Below, piece after piece: positions 1-10,693 of a stretch of 27,695 nucleotides of DNA. This DNA comes from Octopus sinensis. Taxonomy: Eukaryota. Both the position numbers and the translations under genes were made by a program. Where the stretch lies: contig NW_021833393.1 in assembly GCF_006345805.1 (NCBI RefSeq), positions 1-27,695 on the forward strand, given 5' to 3'. The first letter of the stretch is position 1. The number at the start of each line of letters is the position of its first letter. A model generated the notes under the pieces. It was not told the origin of the DNA. It made no database searches and saw only the letters and a list, made by a program, of their open reading frames with translations.

Positions 1-121
1 CCAACCACATGGTTCCGGGTTTAGTCCCACTGCAAGTGTCTTCAACTATAGCCTCGGGCCCACCAAAGCCTTGTGAGTGGATTTGGTAGGCGGAAACTGA
101 AAGAAGCCCGTCGTATATATG

Positions 122-172
<51 letters not shown>

Positions 173-375
173 CTGTGCTTGACAACCGATGCTGGTGTGT
201 TTAGGTAACCCCGTAACTTAGCGGTTCGGCAAAAGAGACCGAGAAAATAGGTACTAGGCTTACAAAGAATAAGTCCTGGGGTCGAATTGATTCAACTAAA
301 GGCTCCAGCATGCTCCAGCATGGCCGCAGTCAAATGACTGAAACAAGTGAAAGAGTAAAGAGAGAGTAAAGAGAG
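1..375 (+). mobile_element. tRNA-derived SINE, family A (5' end cut by window edge)
   Basis: B-box-like GGTTCCGGGTTTAGTCCCA, internal (GT)n and tail ...CAAATGACTGAAACAAGT-(AAAGAG)n. Homologous to copies at 6917-7365, 11855-12263 and 23594-23910. Confidence 0.85.
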
Positions 376-690
376 TTACCTGAAGTTTTATATAAAGTTT
401 TAATACTTTATTTTTTTAAAACTCGAATTGCTGCTCTTTAGAACTCATTAGCATCGTCTGGTTTCCAAATTCAAAGTCGAGTCGTCGCTAACGTGGTGGA
501 TCCTCCACTTCTTTTCTACTCGGTTGGAATCTTTGACTCATCATCGAAATATAACTTCATTGTGTCTTTTCTACAAGTATTTTAATGATCGTCTGATGAA
601 CTTTCTGCTCTAGTACCCTCTGTCTGAGTTTTGCCAGACAGAGGATACAATTATCATTACTATCATTGTATTTATCATTATTATCATTGT

Positions 691-1217
691 TTAACATTTT
701 GAAGTTTCAGGCAAATTTCAACTACGCCACCTGCTACATACACCTCCATGTTGTGAGCAGCATTGTGTGTTATTTTTTGTTGCTGCGAGTATACAATCAC
801 TTCCCGGTATTGTATTGTGTCAGTTTATTTTTTTCGCTATGGGGTATGGTGCAATCTTTTGTTGTATTAATGTTTGTATTGTATGTGTTGTATGTGTATT
901 GTTAGATATTTGTTATATAGTGTCTGGTGTTTCTTGATTGTGTCTTGCGTAGGATGCGGGCTGTTCTTAGCCGGGCTATTTTTATGGATAGTGTCTAGTA
1001 TTCAGGATCCAAGTATAGCGTCCACATTTTTGTTCACATGCATTTTTCTCATCCCCAATGCCCCAATTATTACTGGTATTGTTTTTCACCTTCATGCGCC
1101 ACATCTTGAATACTTCAGTTTCAATTTCTTTGTAGTTTGAAAACTTTTCCACTTCTTTTTTTTTTTTTTTTTTGACAATATTTTGGTCAGAAGGGACTGC
1201 GATGTCTTCCAATCTTT
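691..1217 (-). mobile_element. 5'-truncated non-LTR retrotransposon 3' end with restriction-like endonuclease (R4/Dong-like), decayed
   Basis: Minus strand across frameshifts reads EDIAVPSDQNIVKK(poly-A expansion)EVEKFSNYKEIETEVFKMWRMKVK / TIPVIIGALGM / KIARLRTARILRKT. This is the PD-(D/E)xK C-terminus typical of R4/Dong/NeSL-type elements. It is followed by an ~240-bp 3' UTR ending in an AAT/GAT-rich tail. Confidence 0.8.
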
Positions 1218-1228
1218 AATAATAATAA

Positions 1229-1764
1229 CATGCCCTGATGCAGTACCAGGCAGTGGCTCTCGTGGCTTCTGATCTTAACTAGTTGAAAGTGTAATTATGT
1301 ACATTGTTTTGTCTTGGTATAAAACATGGGCTACAGCAAATATTCTGCTCAATACCACAGATTTGCTTGTAAGTTGTTTGACCTTAACCAGTTGAGCATG
1401 TCCCTTAGTGGCTGACGATATGTGCATCTCTGATCACGAGCAGAAGTAGTGGGGGAGCATCATAGCCATGTGTTGAGAGGGATTCTTTGCGGTTTGAATA
1501 ATTCACCTCTGGAAACATGGGTGTTTCGTTCAACATCCTTAAACAACCCTTATTCAGGAATCTTTTGCGCGGGATGGGTTACTCGACCAGAAGAAAATTC
1601 TAACTGGGCCCCACCTGCAAGGTCATGTGCTGTTTATCTTGATATGAGATCACCATGTCGCGCACACATGGTTGTGATGCATGTACCTGGTGCACCCTTA
1701 TCAGATGGGGCTTTGTATATTTTTTCCCAGTGCCACTTTGGTGGCATGCACTGCTCTCTAACTC
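1229..1764 (+). mobile_element. Non-coding ~535-bp (TAA)n-associated interspersed repeat (family C), longest copy
   Basis: Flanked by (AAT)n on both sides. Homologous copies lie at 22356-22764 (opposite strand) and 23232-23597. Strand is inferred from the retained (AAT)n-tailed end of the truncated copy. Confidence 0.75.
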
Positions 1765-1833
1765 AATAATAATAATAATTATTATTATTATTGTTGTTGT
1801 TGTTGTTGTTATTGTTGTTATTGTTGTTATTAT

Positions 1834-2010
1834 AAGGTGGAAGCATTGTTAGCACGCCGGGCAAAATGCTTTGCGGTATTTCGGTTTTCAAATTCTGCCG
1901 AGGTTGACTCTGCCTTTCACTTTTTCGGTGTCTATAAATTAAATACCAGTTGAACAGAAGGAGTCAATGTAATCTACTCATCCGCTCTCCCAAAATGGCT
2001 ACCCTTGTGG
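1834..2010 (+). mobile_element. tRNA-derived SINE family B, diverged copy
   Basis: GTTAGCACGCCGGGCAAAATGC...CCGAGGTTGACTCTGCCTTTCAC...ATACCAGTT matches the family B body. Confidence 0.75.
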
Positions 2011-2059
2011 CAAAATTTGAAACCATTATTATTAAATATGGAACTTAAATATAGAACTC

Positions 2060-2096
<37 letters not shown>

Positions 2097-2100
2097 AATT

Positions 2101-2300
2101 GTTAAGCACGCCGGGCAAAGCGCTTTGCGGCATTTCGCCCGTCGTTACATTCTGAGTTCAAATTCCACCCGCCGTGATCGACTTTGCCTTTCATCCTTTC
2201 GTTGTCGATTAAATAAGTACCAGTTGAAAGCCCTGGGGGGGGGGCGGTGTAATCGATTTACCCACTCCCCCAGAAATTGCTTGCGTTGTACCAAAATTTA
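2101..2300 (+). mobile_element. tRNA-derived SINE family B
   Basis: Body with GAGTTCAAATTC B-box, GACTTTGCCTTTCATCCTTTCG...AAGTACCAGTT central domain (Deu/Nin-like by my recognition), and the T2-type tail. Confidence 0.8.
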
Positions 2301-2439
2301 AAACTATTATTATTGAGCTTAAAATTTTAGCACAAGGTCAGCAATCGTGTGTGTGTGTGGAGGGGGTGCAGATCGATTACAGCAACCCCACTGCTCTGTT
2401 AGGCTATCCATGGATATTCCTAGGATATTCTTTTATTGT

Positions 2440-3990
2440 ATGACAGTTGTGGTGTGGTTGTTTTTATGGAAATGCGTGGCTAAAAGTTTGCTTTTGCTGG
2501 GATGGGAGAATGATGAAACAGTTCGTCATTGCACAGGTGTATTGGAGAGGATGTTCATTAAATGGGGTAAACGTTTGATTTGGCTGGGAGATTGACGGAT
2601 CGTGTATTACTGCAAGACGAAAGCTTGAAGCTTCTTGCTGGTGCTACAGGACGGGGTACTTTGGTTTTATTTTGGTTAGATATTGATGGATAGAGTAACA
2701 TTTTATGAGCCTAAATTGTTTTCTTTTATCTCATTTCGTGAAGAACCACGCCAATACAATCATACAATGACAAATTATCCGTCAATTTCCCAGCCAAAAC
2801 AGCACCAACTACCACATTCCATAAACAACCAGTCTCGAATTCCCATCATGTAATGACACTATACGTCAATTTCCTAGCCAAAATGATTGGAGTTTTTGTG
2901 TGGCTGTTTGTGGAATAAGGTAAAAGTTTGGTTTGGCTGGGAAAATTACAGATGATGCGTTATTGCATGGAAGGAGCTTTGTGTTGGTGTCGTCTACAGA
3001 ATGGGGCAAGAGTTTGATTTGGCTGGGTAATTCGCAGATAGATTGGCGTTGCATGACGTGGGTGTGAGTGTTGATGCTTATGAAATAGGATGTTCGGTTT
3101 GGGTAAGGCGGCGAGCTGGCAGAAACGATAGCACGCCGGGCGAAATGCTTAGCGGTACTTCGTCTGTCTTTACGTTCTGAGTTCAAATTCCGCCGAGGTC
3201 GACTTTGCCTTTCATCCTTTCGGGGTCGATAAATTAAGTACCAGTTACGCACTTGGGTTGATATAATCGACTTAATCTGTCTGTCTGTGCTTGTTTGTCT
3301 CCTCTGTGTTTAGCCCCTTGTGGGCAATAAAGAAATAGGTATTTCGTCTGCCGTTACGTTCTGAGTTCAAATTCCGCCGAGGTCGACTTTGCCTTTCATC
3401 CTTTCGGGGTCAATAAATAAGTACCAGTTACGCACTGGGGTCGATGTAATCGACTTATCCGTTTGTCTGTCCTTGTTTGTTTCCTCTGTGTTTAGCCCCT
3501 TGTGGGCAATAAAGAAATAGGTACTTTGTTTGTCTTTACGTTCTGAGTTCAAATTCCGCCGAGGTCGACTTTGCCTTTCATCCTTTCGGGGTCGATAAAT
3601 TAAGTACCAGTTGTGTGCTGGAGTCGTTCTAATCGACTGACTCCTTCCCCAGAAATTTCGCGCCTTGTGCCTAGAGTAGGAAAGTATATATGTTCGGTTT
3701 GGCTGGGAAAATGACGGAATAGTGTACCATTGCATCATGGGAGTTTTGGTACGGCTGTTTCTGAAATGAGGTAAAAGTTCTGAATTCGCCGAGGTGGGAT
3801 TCATGATCTATTATTGCATCACGGGAAATTTGGTGTTATTACTTACTGAATAAGGTGAATAAATGTTTCGCTTGGATGGGAGAATGACGAAATGGTGTCA
3901 TTGAATGATAGAAGCTTTGGTGTGGTCGTTTATGGAATGGGGTAAGTGGGTTGGTTCGGATATCATTGCATAACTGTTTTTATCATCATC
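2440..3990. repeat. Degenerate ~86-bp minisatellite, interrupted by a SINE trimer and containing an inverted block
   Basis: Recurrent GTTTG(G/A)TTTGGCTGGG...ATTGCA...ATGGGGTAA units (e.g. 2926 and 3012, 86 bp apart; also 2487, 2572, 3691, 3864). Reverse-complement units (TTTCC(C/T)AGCCAAAA) occur at ~2785 and ~2870. Confidence 0.7.
3103..3689 (+). mobile_element. SINE family B trimer (head + three bodies) flanked by a 13-bp TSD
   Basis: One head (AGGCGGCGAGCTGGCAG), junctions AAAGAAATAGGT|A(T/C)TT at 3340 and 3522 (period 182). ATGTTCGGTTTGG is duplicated at 3090-3102 and 3690-3702. Confidence 0.85.
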
Positions 3991-5311
3991 GCTGTCCGCC
4001 GTCGTCGTCGTCGTTGTGGTGGTTGTTATCGTCGCCGTCGTCTTTGTTGTTATTACCAGTGGTGGTGGTCGTGGGGGTGGGGGTGATAGTAGCAATGTTG
4101 TTGCTGTGCTTTTCGTTCTGTTATTGTTGCTGTTGATAAGGAAGCTCCTGCTGCTGTTGATGATGATAATGATGATGATGATGTCGATGACGACTACAGT
4201 GATGATGATGGGGGGGGGGGGGGTAACCTTGCTGCTGCAGCTGATGATGATGATTATGATGACGACGAAGACGACGTTGATGATAATGATGGTGGTGGTG
4301 ATGATGGTGGTGATGATGGTGGTAACACTGCTGCTGCTGCTGATCACGATGCGCTTTTCATCGCTGTTCTTGTTCTTGTTGTTGTTATTGTTGTTGGTGG
4401 TGGTGCTTGTGATGCTGGTAATGACGTTGGTAATGATGGCTGTTGTCGTGTCTGTTGTGATGGTGGTGGTGGTGGTGGTGGTGGTGTTAGTGGTGATGGT
4501 GATGATAATGACAGACATGTTTTAATGGTATGGTGATAGTGTTGGTGTTGGCTGTGGAGTTGCGGGGTAATATGTGCTGGTAGCTGTGATGGTAAGGGTC
4601 GTTAATTGTGTCATTGCTATGGGCGATATTGGTGGTGGTGGTGGTGGTGGTGGTGGTTTTGGCAGCGGTGGTGGTGCCGGTGGTGATGGTGGTGCTGGTG
4701 GTGGTGGTGGCGGCGGTGGTAGTGGCGGTGGTGGTGGTGGTGGTGGTGGTGGTGGTGGTTTTGGCAGCGGTGGTGGTGCTGGTGCTGGTGGTGGCGGCGG
4801 CGGCGGCGGTGGTGGTGGTGGTGACAGTGGCGGTAGTAGTAGTGGTAGTGGTGGTGGTGGTAGTGGTTTTGGTGGAGGTGGTGGCAGCGGTGGTGATGGT
4901 GGTGGTGGTAGTGGTGGTGGTGGTTTTGGCAGCGGTGGCGGTGATGGTGGTGATGTGGTGTTGGTGGTGGGGGTGGGGTGAGCGTGGTAGCCGTGTTAGG
5001 GGCGAACGAGGATAGGAGAATCGGTTGGAGTAGGACGCGGAATTTAGGGCTTATTACTTTAGGGGTGTTGGTTGAGGTTAGGGGAAAAATTTTTTTCTAG
5101 GGACAGGGATAGGTTTTGCTAGGGATTATTTTTTTTTCAGGAGAAATTGAGATTGCAATTAATGGGTGTGGAGTGGGAGCGGGGAGTGGGATGATTGGGA
5201 GGAATGGGGATGGGGTTATCTTGAAAAAGTTCAAAGACACATTACCAGGAATAATAATAATGATAATAATAATTACCTCCAGCAATAATAATAATAATAA
5301 TAATAATAATG

Positions 5312-5367
<56 letters not shown>

Positions 5368-6050
5368 GAGGAGGAGGAGGAGGAGGAGGGGAGAATGAGT
5401 AGGAGGGGGAGGAGGAGAATGGTGTTGTTGTTGGTGGTGGTGGTTATGATGATGATGACGACGAAGGTCAGGAAGAGGAAGATAATAATCATAATAAAAA
5501 TAGTATTGTTGATGACGATGACGATGATGATGATGATGACGATGATGACGATGATGACGATGACGATGATGATGATGATGATGACGACGATGAGAATGAC
5601 GATGACAGCAATAACAAATAGGAAGCAATATGTCTCGAGTGGTCGCAACAACATCAAAAACAACAGCAATCACATTTAAGAGCATCAACAACAACAACAA
5701 CAATAAAACGAATAACAACAACGACGACATCAATAGCGACAACAACAACAGCCATCAGATCTCATTTGAAAACAACAACAACAACAACATCAATTACATC
5801 ATATGTCACGACATGTTTGCAACGACAACAACAACACCAACAACAACCACATCAATAATTTAAACTGCTTTAAACAGGAACAATGATATCATATGTGACG
5901 AGAACAACAACAACAATTACAACAACGGCCACAACAACAAGAGGAGAAGCAGCAGCAGCAGTAGCAGCAGCAACAACAGTCACAATGAAATCAATAGTGA
6001 CGACAATAATGACACAAACCCTGACGTCAACAACAACAGCAACAACATCA
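3960..6050. repeat. Compound trinucleotide low-complexity tract: (GAT/GTT/GGT)n, (GGT/GGC)n, (AAT)n, (GAG)n, (GAT)n, (AAC)n
   Basis: Directly visible. It explains the poly-V/M/I/T/N/G ORFs in the track. Confidence 0.9.
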
Positions 6051-6051
6051 G

Positions 6052-6880
6052 CAGAAACTTTTCTGCGTGGGAACTTCGACATAGTTGCTTGACATGCAAG
6101 AAAGAGTAACCAAATCTACCTCATGACACAAACGGTCAATACGTATGGTGTCAACCACAACAAGAACATGAACAGCTCAAGCTTGTCTACAAGCGAATCT
6201 CTACATGGTTGTTCGATGTGCTAGAAATAACAACCAAAAGTTGTTAAGGCGGCGAGTTGGCAGAATCGTTTGCACGACGGGCGAAATAGCGGCATTTCGT
6301 CTGTCTTTACGTTCTGAGTTCAAATTCCGCCGAGGTCGACTTTGCCTTTTATCCTTTCGGGGTCGATAAATTAAGTACCAGTTTCGCACTGGGTCGATAT
6401 AATTGACTTAATCCGTTTGTCTGTTCTTGTTTGTCCTCTCTGTGTTTAGCCCCTTATGGGTAGTAAAGAAATAGGTGTTTCCTCTGCCGTTACGTTCTGA
6501 GTTCAAATTCCGCCGAGGTCGACTTTGCCTTTCATTCTTTCGGGGTTGATTAAATAAGTACCAGTTACGCACTGGTGTCGATGTAATCGACCTAATCCGC
6601 TTGTCTGTCCTTGTTTGACCCCTCTATGTGCAGCCCCTTGTGGGCAATAAAGAAATAAAAAATAACAACCAAATCTACCCCATGACGCAAATGGTGAGAC
6701 ATATGACGTTATCAACATCACCGGAAGCTTGTCTATTAGGGAACTTCTACAACGTCGTTCGATCTGCAAGAAATAGCAATCAAATCTGCTTCACAACGCA
6801 AACGGTTAATACATACGGACATCAACAACAGCATCAGCAACACAAACATGTCTACGAAAGAACTTCTAGATTAGGGGTTC
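6052..6880. repeat. Degenerate ~110-120-bp tandem repeat split by a SINE dimer
   Basis: Units begin AA(G/A)C(T/A)T(G/T)TCT and contain GAACTTC...GCAAGAAA...CAAATCT...CAAACGGT; starts near 6056, 6179, 6726 and 6845. Confidence 0.6.
6239..6659 (+). mobile_element. SINE family B dimer flanked by a 14-bp TSD
   Basis: Head at ~6247, junction AAAGAAATAGGT|GTTTC at 6476. AAATAACAACCAAA occurs at 6225-6238 and 6660-6673. Confidence 0.85.
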
Positions 6881-6916
6881 TCAACCGGGGTTCGTATGAC
6901 TCTTGGGGACCCGGAC

Positions 6917-7144
6917 TCTTTACTCTCTCTCTCTCATTCATTTTAATTATTTCAGTCATTTGACTGCAGCTATGCTGGAGCACCGCCTTTAGTAGAGCAA
7001 ATCGACCCCGGGACTTATTCTTTGGAAGCCTAGTACTTATTCTATCGGTCTGTTTTGCCGAACCGCTATGTGACGGGGACGTAAACACACTAGCATCGGT
7101 TGTCAAGCAATGCTAGAGGGACAAACACAGACACAGAAACATAT

Positions 7145-7204
<60 letters not shown>

Positions 7205-7365
7205 GACAGGCTTCTTCAGTTTCCGTCTACAAAATCTACTCATAAGGCATTGGTCGGCCCGAGGCTATAGCAGAAGACACTTGCCCAAGATGCCACACAG
7301 TGGGACTGAACCCGGAAATATGTGGTTGGTAAGCAAGCTACATACCATACAGCCACTCCTGCGCC
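6917..7365 (-). mobile_element. tRNA-derived SINE family A, near full length
   Basis: Reverse complement starts GGCGCAGGAGTGGCTGTATGG (A-box-like), then GGTTCAGTCCC (B-box-like), a (TA)n insert and the family tail. Confidence 0.85.
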
Positions 7366-7456
7366 TCCGTATAAGATTTTACTTTATAATCTATGAGCAA
7401 TAAGTTGGTTGAATATCTACAATGCACAATTATGTTTTTTATACAATCCCTAATAG

Positions 7457-7622
7457 ACGCAGGTGTGGCTGCGTGGTAAGAGGCTTGCTTCCCAACCACA
7501 TGGTTCCGAGTTCAGTTCCAGTGTGTGGCGCCTTGGGAAAAAGGCTTCTACTATATCGTCGGACCGACCGAAGCCTCGTGACTGGATTTGGCAGATGAAA
7601 ACAGTAAGAAACCTGTCATATG
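7457..7622 (+). mobile_element. SINE family A 5' half, diverged
   Basis: GACGCAGGTGTGGCTGCGTGG...GGTTCCGAGTTCAGTTCC...GGATTTGGCAGATG matches the family A head. Confidence 0.8.
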
Positions 7623-7659
7623 TATAATATATATATGTGTATATATATATATATGTATA

Positions 7660-7734
<75 letters not shown>

Positions 7735-8016
7735 GCTGCGTAATAAAGATGAACGTCTGTCTGTGTGTGCACGCGCGTAGGTGTCTGTCTGTCCATCTAT
7801 AGCGAGAAAGGCTACAGTATCTATATAAAAAACTAAAAGCTAATTCTTGTGTAACATTTTACGCCGAAGACAATGGAAGTGGTCCCGAGTCTCTAGGTGC
7901 CCTCCTAATGACTGTCAACATGCCAGAAGGATAAAGCCCTAACATCTACACAAAACTTAACAGTCAATTCTTATTCCATGTTCATTACAATCTAAGTGAA
8001 TAATATACATACATAT

Positions 8017-8075
<59 letters not shown>

Positions 8076-8089
8076 GTATATATATGTAT

Positions 8090-8474
8090 ACTAGCAGTAT
8101 CGCCCGGCGTTGCTCGGGTTTGTAAGGGAAATAACTATAAAGCATTTTTAGAGAGTTATAGTAAAAAAATAGCAAAAATATGGGGGAAAAAATATTGTAA
8201 ATTTTTTTAATAGTTAAAAAGGTCGAGTTGCGTCCCCTAGACCATCTGTGGTTTGTGTTTCTGATTGTCGACCCCATGTCGAATTTATCGATCTTTTTCA
8301 GAACTGGGGGAACTTTTCAAAATTTTCGCTGCGTTAGTTTTGAATTATGACATTGGGCTATGTGTGTGTCAAGTTTCATCAGAATCGGTTGAAAGCCGTG
8401 GTCAGAGTGAGGGTACAACCAAACAGACGCACAGAAACACACACAGACAAACTGCCGTTTACATAGAGAGAGAT
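8090..8474 (+). mobile_element. Non-autonomous Helitron-like element (Lep1-type architecture)
   Basis: Starts ACTAGCAGTATCGCCCGGCGTTGCTCGGG (subterminal hairpin CCCG/CGGG). Carries the typical GTCAAGTTTCATCAGAATCGGTTGAAAGCCGTG motif and an ACAGA/ACAC tract before a ...GTTTACATAGAGAGAGAT end. Sits in (TA)n. Family assignment is by recalled similarity. Confidence 0.65.
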
Positions 8475-8475
8475 A

Positions 8476-8509
<34 letters not shown>

Positions 8510-8514
8510 CTTGT

Positions 8515-8678
8515 ATATGTGTGCCTTCGTCCCTCCTCCATCGCTTGAGAACCGCTGTTGATGTGTTGACATCTCCGTAACCTAGTGATTCAGCAAATAA
8601 TACCGACAGGATAAGAACTAGGATTACAAAGAGTAAGTGCTAGGGTCTATTTGTTCGACTAAAGGTATGTGCTCCAGG
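8515..8678 (+). mobile_element. SINE family A 3' fragment, diverged
   Basis: CGCTTGAGAACCG...GATAAGAACTAGGATTACAAAG...TTCGACTAAAGG...GCTCCAG matches the family A tail. Confidence 0.7.
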
Positions 8679-8700
8679 AATATATATGCATCTCTATGCG

Positions 8701-9075
8701 TACCCCCTTGTGGGTAGTAAAGAAGTAGGTATTTCATCTGCTGTTACGTTCTGAGTTCAAATTCCGCCGAAGTCGACTTAGCCTTTCATCCTTTCGGGGT
8801 CGATTAAACAAGTTCCAGTTACGCACTGGGTTCGATGTAATCGACTTAATCCGTGTATCTGTCCTTGTTTGTCCTCTCTTTGTTTAGCCCCTTGTGGGTA
8901 GTAAAAAAATAGGTATTTCGTCTGCCGTTACATTCTGAGTTCAAATTCTACCGAGGTCGACTTTGCCCTTCATCCTTTCGGGGTCAATAAATAAAGTACC
9001 AGTTGCGTATTGGGGTCGATGTAATCGACTGATCCTCTCACCCTCAATTTCAGGCCTTGTTCCTAGAGTAGAAAA
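8701..9075 (+). mobile_element. SINE family B tandem array (5'-truncated, two bodies)
   Basis: Begins inside the T1 tail. Junctions ...TAGGT|ATTTC at 8730 and 8914; ends in the T2 tail. Confidence 0.8.
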
Positions 9076-9542
9076 CAACATTATGAATGATGATGATGAT
9101 AACGATGAAGACATCGATGGCGAAGGCGTCAAGGATCACGCTGGCGGAAGTGCGGTCAACCACCGCAACACTAACGATTGCGCCAGTGGTTCCGGTATTC
9201 ACAAAGGTGACGACGACGAAGGCAGTAACGTTCAACAACAGCTATAAAAGCTAGCGATGGTATGAATGGCAACCAACAACAGCAACAACAACAGCAACCA
9301 CAACAACAACTACGCTAATGCAGACAACGGCATCGAGAAAAAAAAACCAATGCTAACGATGAAACGTGGCAACAATATCGACAGCAATATCAATAGCAAG
9401 AACGATTCCTACTACTACGACTAGTATGACCACCACCACCGCTACTACTACTACTACTACCACTACTACTACTACTACCACTACTACTACTACTTACTAC
9501 CTTCACCACCAAAGTTGCTACTACAAGCCCCACCACTACCGT

Positions 9543-9574
<32 letters not shown>

Positions 9575-10494
9575 TAGTAATGTTGGAAACAATTACAGTA
9601 ACAAGAACAACGGTACGGTGACATAAGAAGCGATTACAACATTGTAGATATCACTACATTGGCGACAGCAGCAGCAGCAGCAACAACAACAACGACAGCT
9701 GCAAAACGAATGTCAACAATAGCAGCGTCGACGAAAACAACAAAAAAAAACAACTGCATCAACTTCAAACACGAAAACAACAACAACAATAATGGCGGTG
9801 AGAAGGAAAGAACAAACAACTATAAGAACAATTACAAAAAATCGAAAAGTGACAACAAATACGACAGAATAACAAATATCGCAAAATAACAAGGAAAACA
9901 TCGATGAGAAAAAAAACTCTACTCAGGTTGCAATGACAATGGACAATGACATGTTCGTCCAAACTGCTAAGAAAAGCAGCTAAATATCCCTCAAAAATAC
10001 ACAAATGTTTTAATAAACAAATATAAACGGAAGACGTATTGGAAAATGAAGTCATAGATGTACTTAAATAGATGTGAATGGCATGGATGGAATGTTTTTA
10101 ATCATATATTTCGTCTGCCAGAGCTGAAATGGAGCTAAAAATGTAAAATTAATAGATAGAGATAAAAAAAAAAATGCATGCGCCATGGCTATGATTGCAG
10201 CAACAAAGATGATGATGGCGACGACGATGACAACGAGACGACGACGACGGCGACGACCGAAAATAAACAATGAAGATGAATAACAGGGGAAAATGCCAGC
10301 GATGACTGACAAAGTAGCGAATCAATAATAATAGGAATGTCAAGAATGAAAGGGTTAGCAAGATTTAGAAAAAAATAAATGAATAAATAAATAAAAAGAC
10401 GTACATTCAGACATACATACACTTATGATAAAGGAGAATCATGGAGGTAACTGAACATATCGTCTGTCGTCTGCTTCAATCATTTTACTGTCAG

Positions 10495-10554
10495 ATATGT
10501 TCGTGTCGAGTCATGTCGGCTTCATTGCTTTCCGGGAGAAGAACTGTGTCTTGT
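10495..10554 (+). CDS. Possible 60-nt internal micro-exon of an unidentified host gene
   Basis: TCATTTTACTGTCAG| acceptor and |GTGAGT donor around non-repetitive, CpG-containing sequence open in all three frames (e.g. [19 protein letters not shown] or [20 protein letters not shown]). No protein recognised. Confidence 0.3.
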
Positions 10555-10628
10555 GTGAGTTCAAAGACTCAATTCTTGTGATATACGACTGCATATACGT
10601 CTATATATTCGTTATATACGCATTATAT

Positions 10629-10691
<63 letters not shown>

Positions 10692-10693
<2 letters not shown>

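Noticed and set aside
442-585. Open frame NSLASSGFQIQSRVVANVVDPPLLFYSVGIF... after a TTTAG acceptor
   Set aside because: Weak donor, no recognisable homology, and a length compatible with chance.
594-650. CTGATGA as a hammerhead core
   Set aside because: No downstream GAAA/stem III/NUH, and no stem I partner.
1229-1300. HDV-like ribozyme at the 5' end of family C (GCT-CTCGT-GGC)
   Set aside because: A P3/L3-like stretch exists, but no convincing P1, P1.1 or P2 pairing was found.
3103-3689. Regularly spaced ~182-bp repeats as a CRISPR-like array
   Set aside because: The units are whole SINE bodies without unique spacers, in a eukaryotic context with no cas genes.
2866-3804. Repeated ORFs 'MRNWYLIYRPRKDERQ...' and 'PERMKGKVDLGGI'
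   Set aside because: Antisense translations of non-coding SINE family B.
3898-6092. Long ORFs rich in V/M/I/T/N/H
   Set aside because: They are translations of trinucleotide microsatellites, open in several frames on both strands.
8370-8385. Minus-strand CTGATGAAAC in the Helitron-like element as an HHR
   Set aside because: No room for stem II; it is part of the common Helitron-N internal motif.
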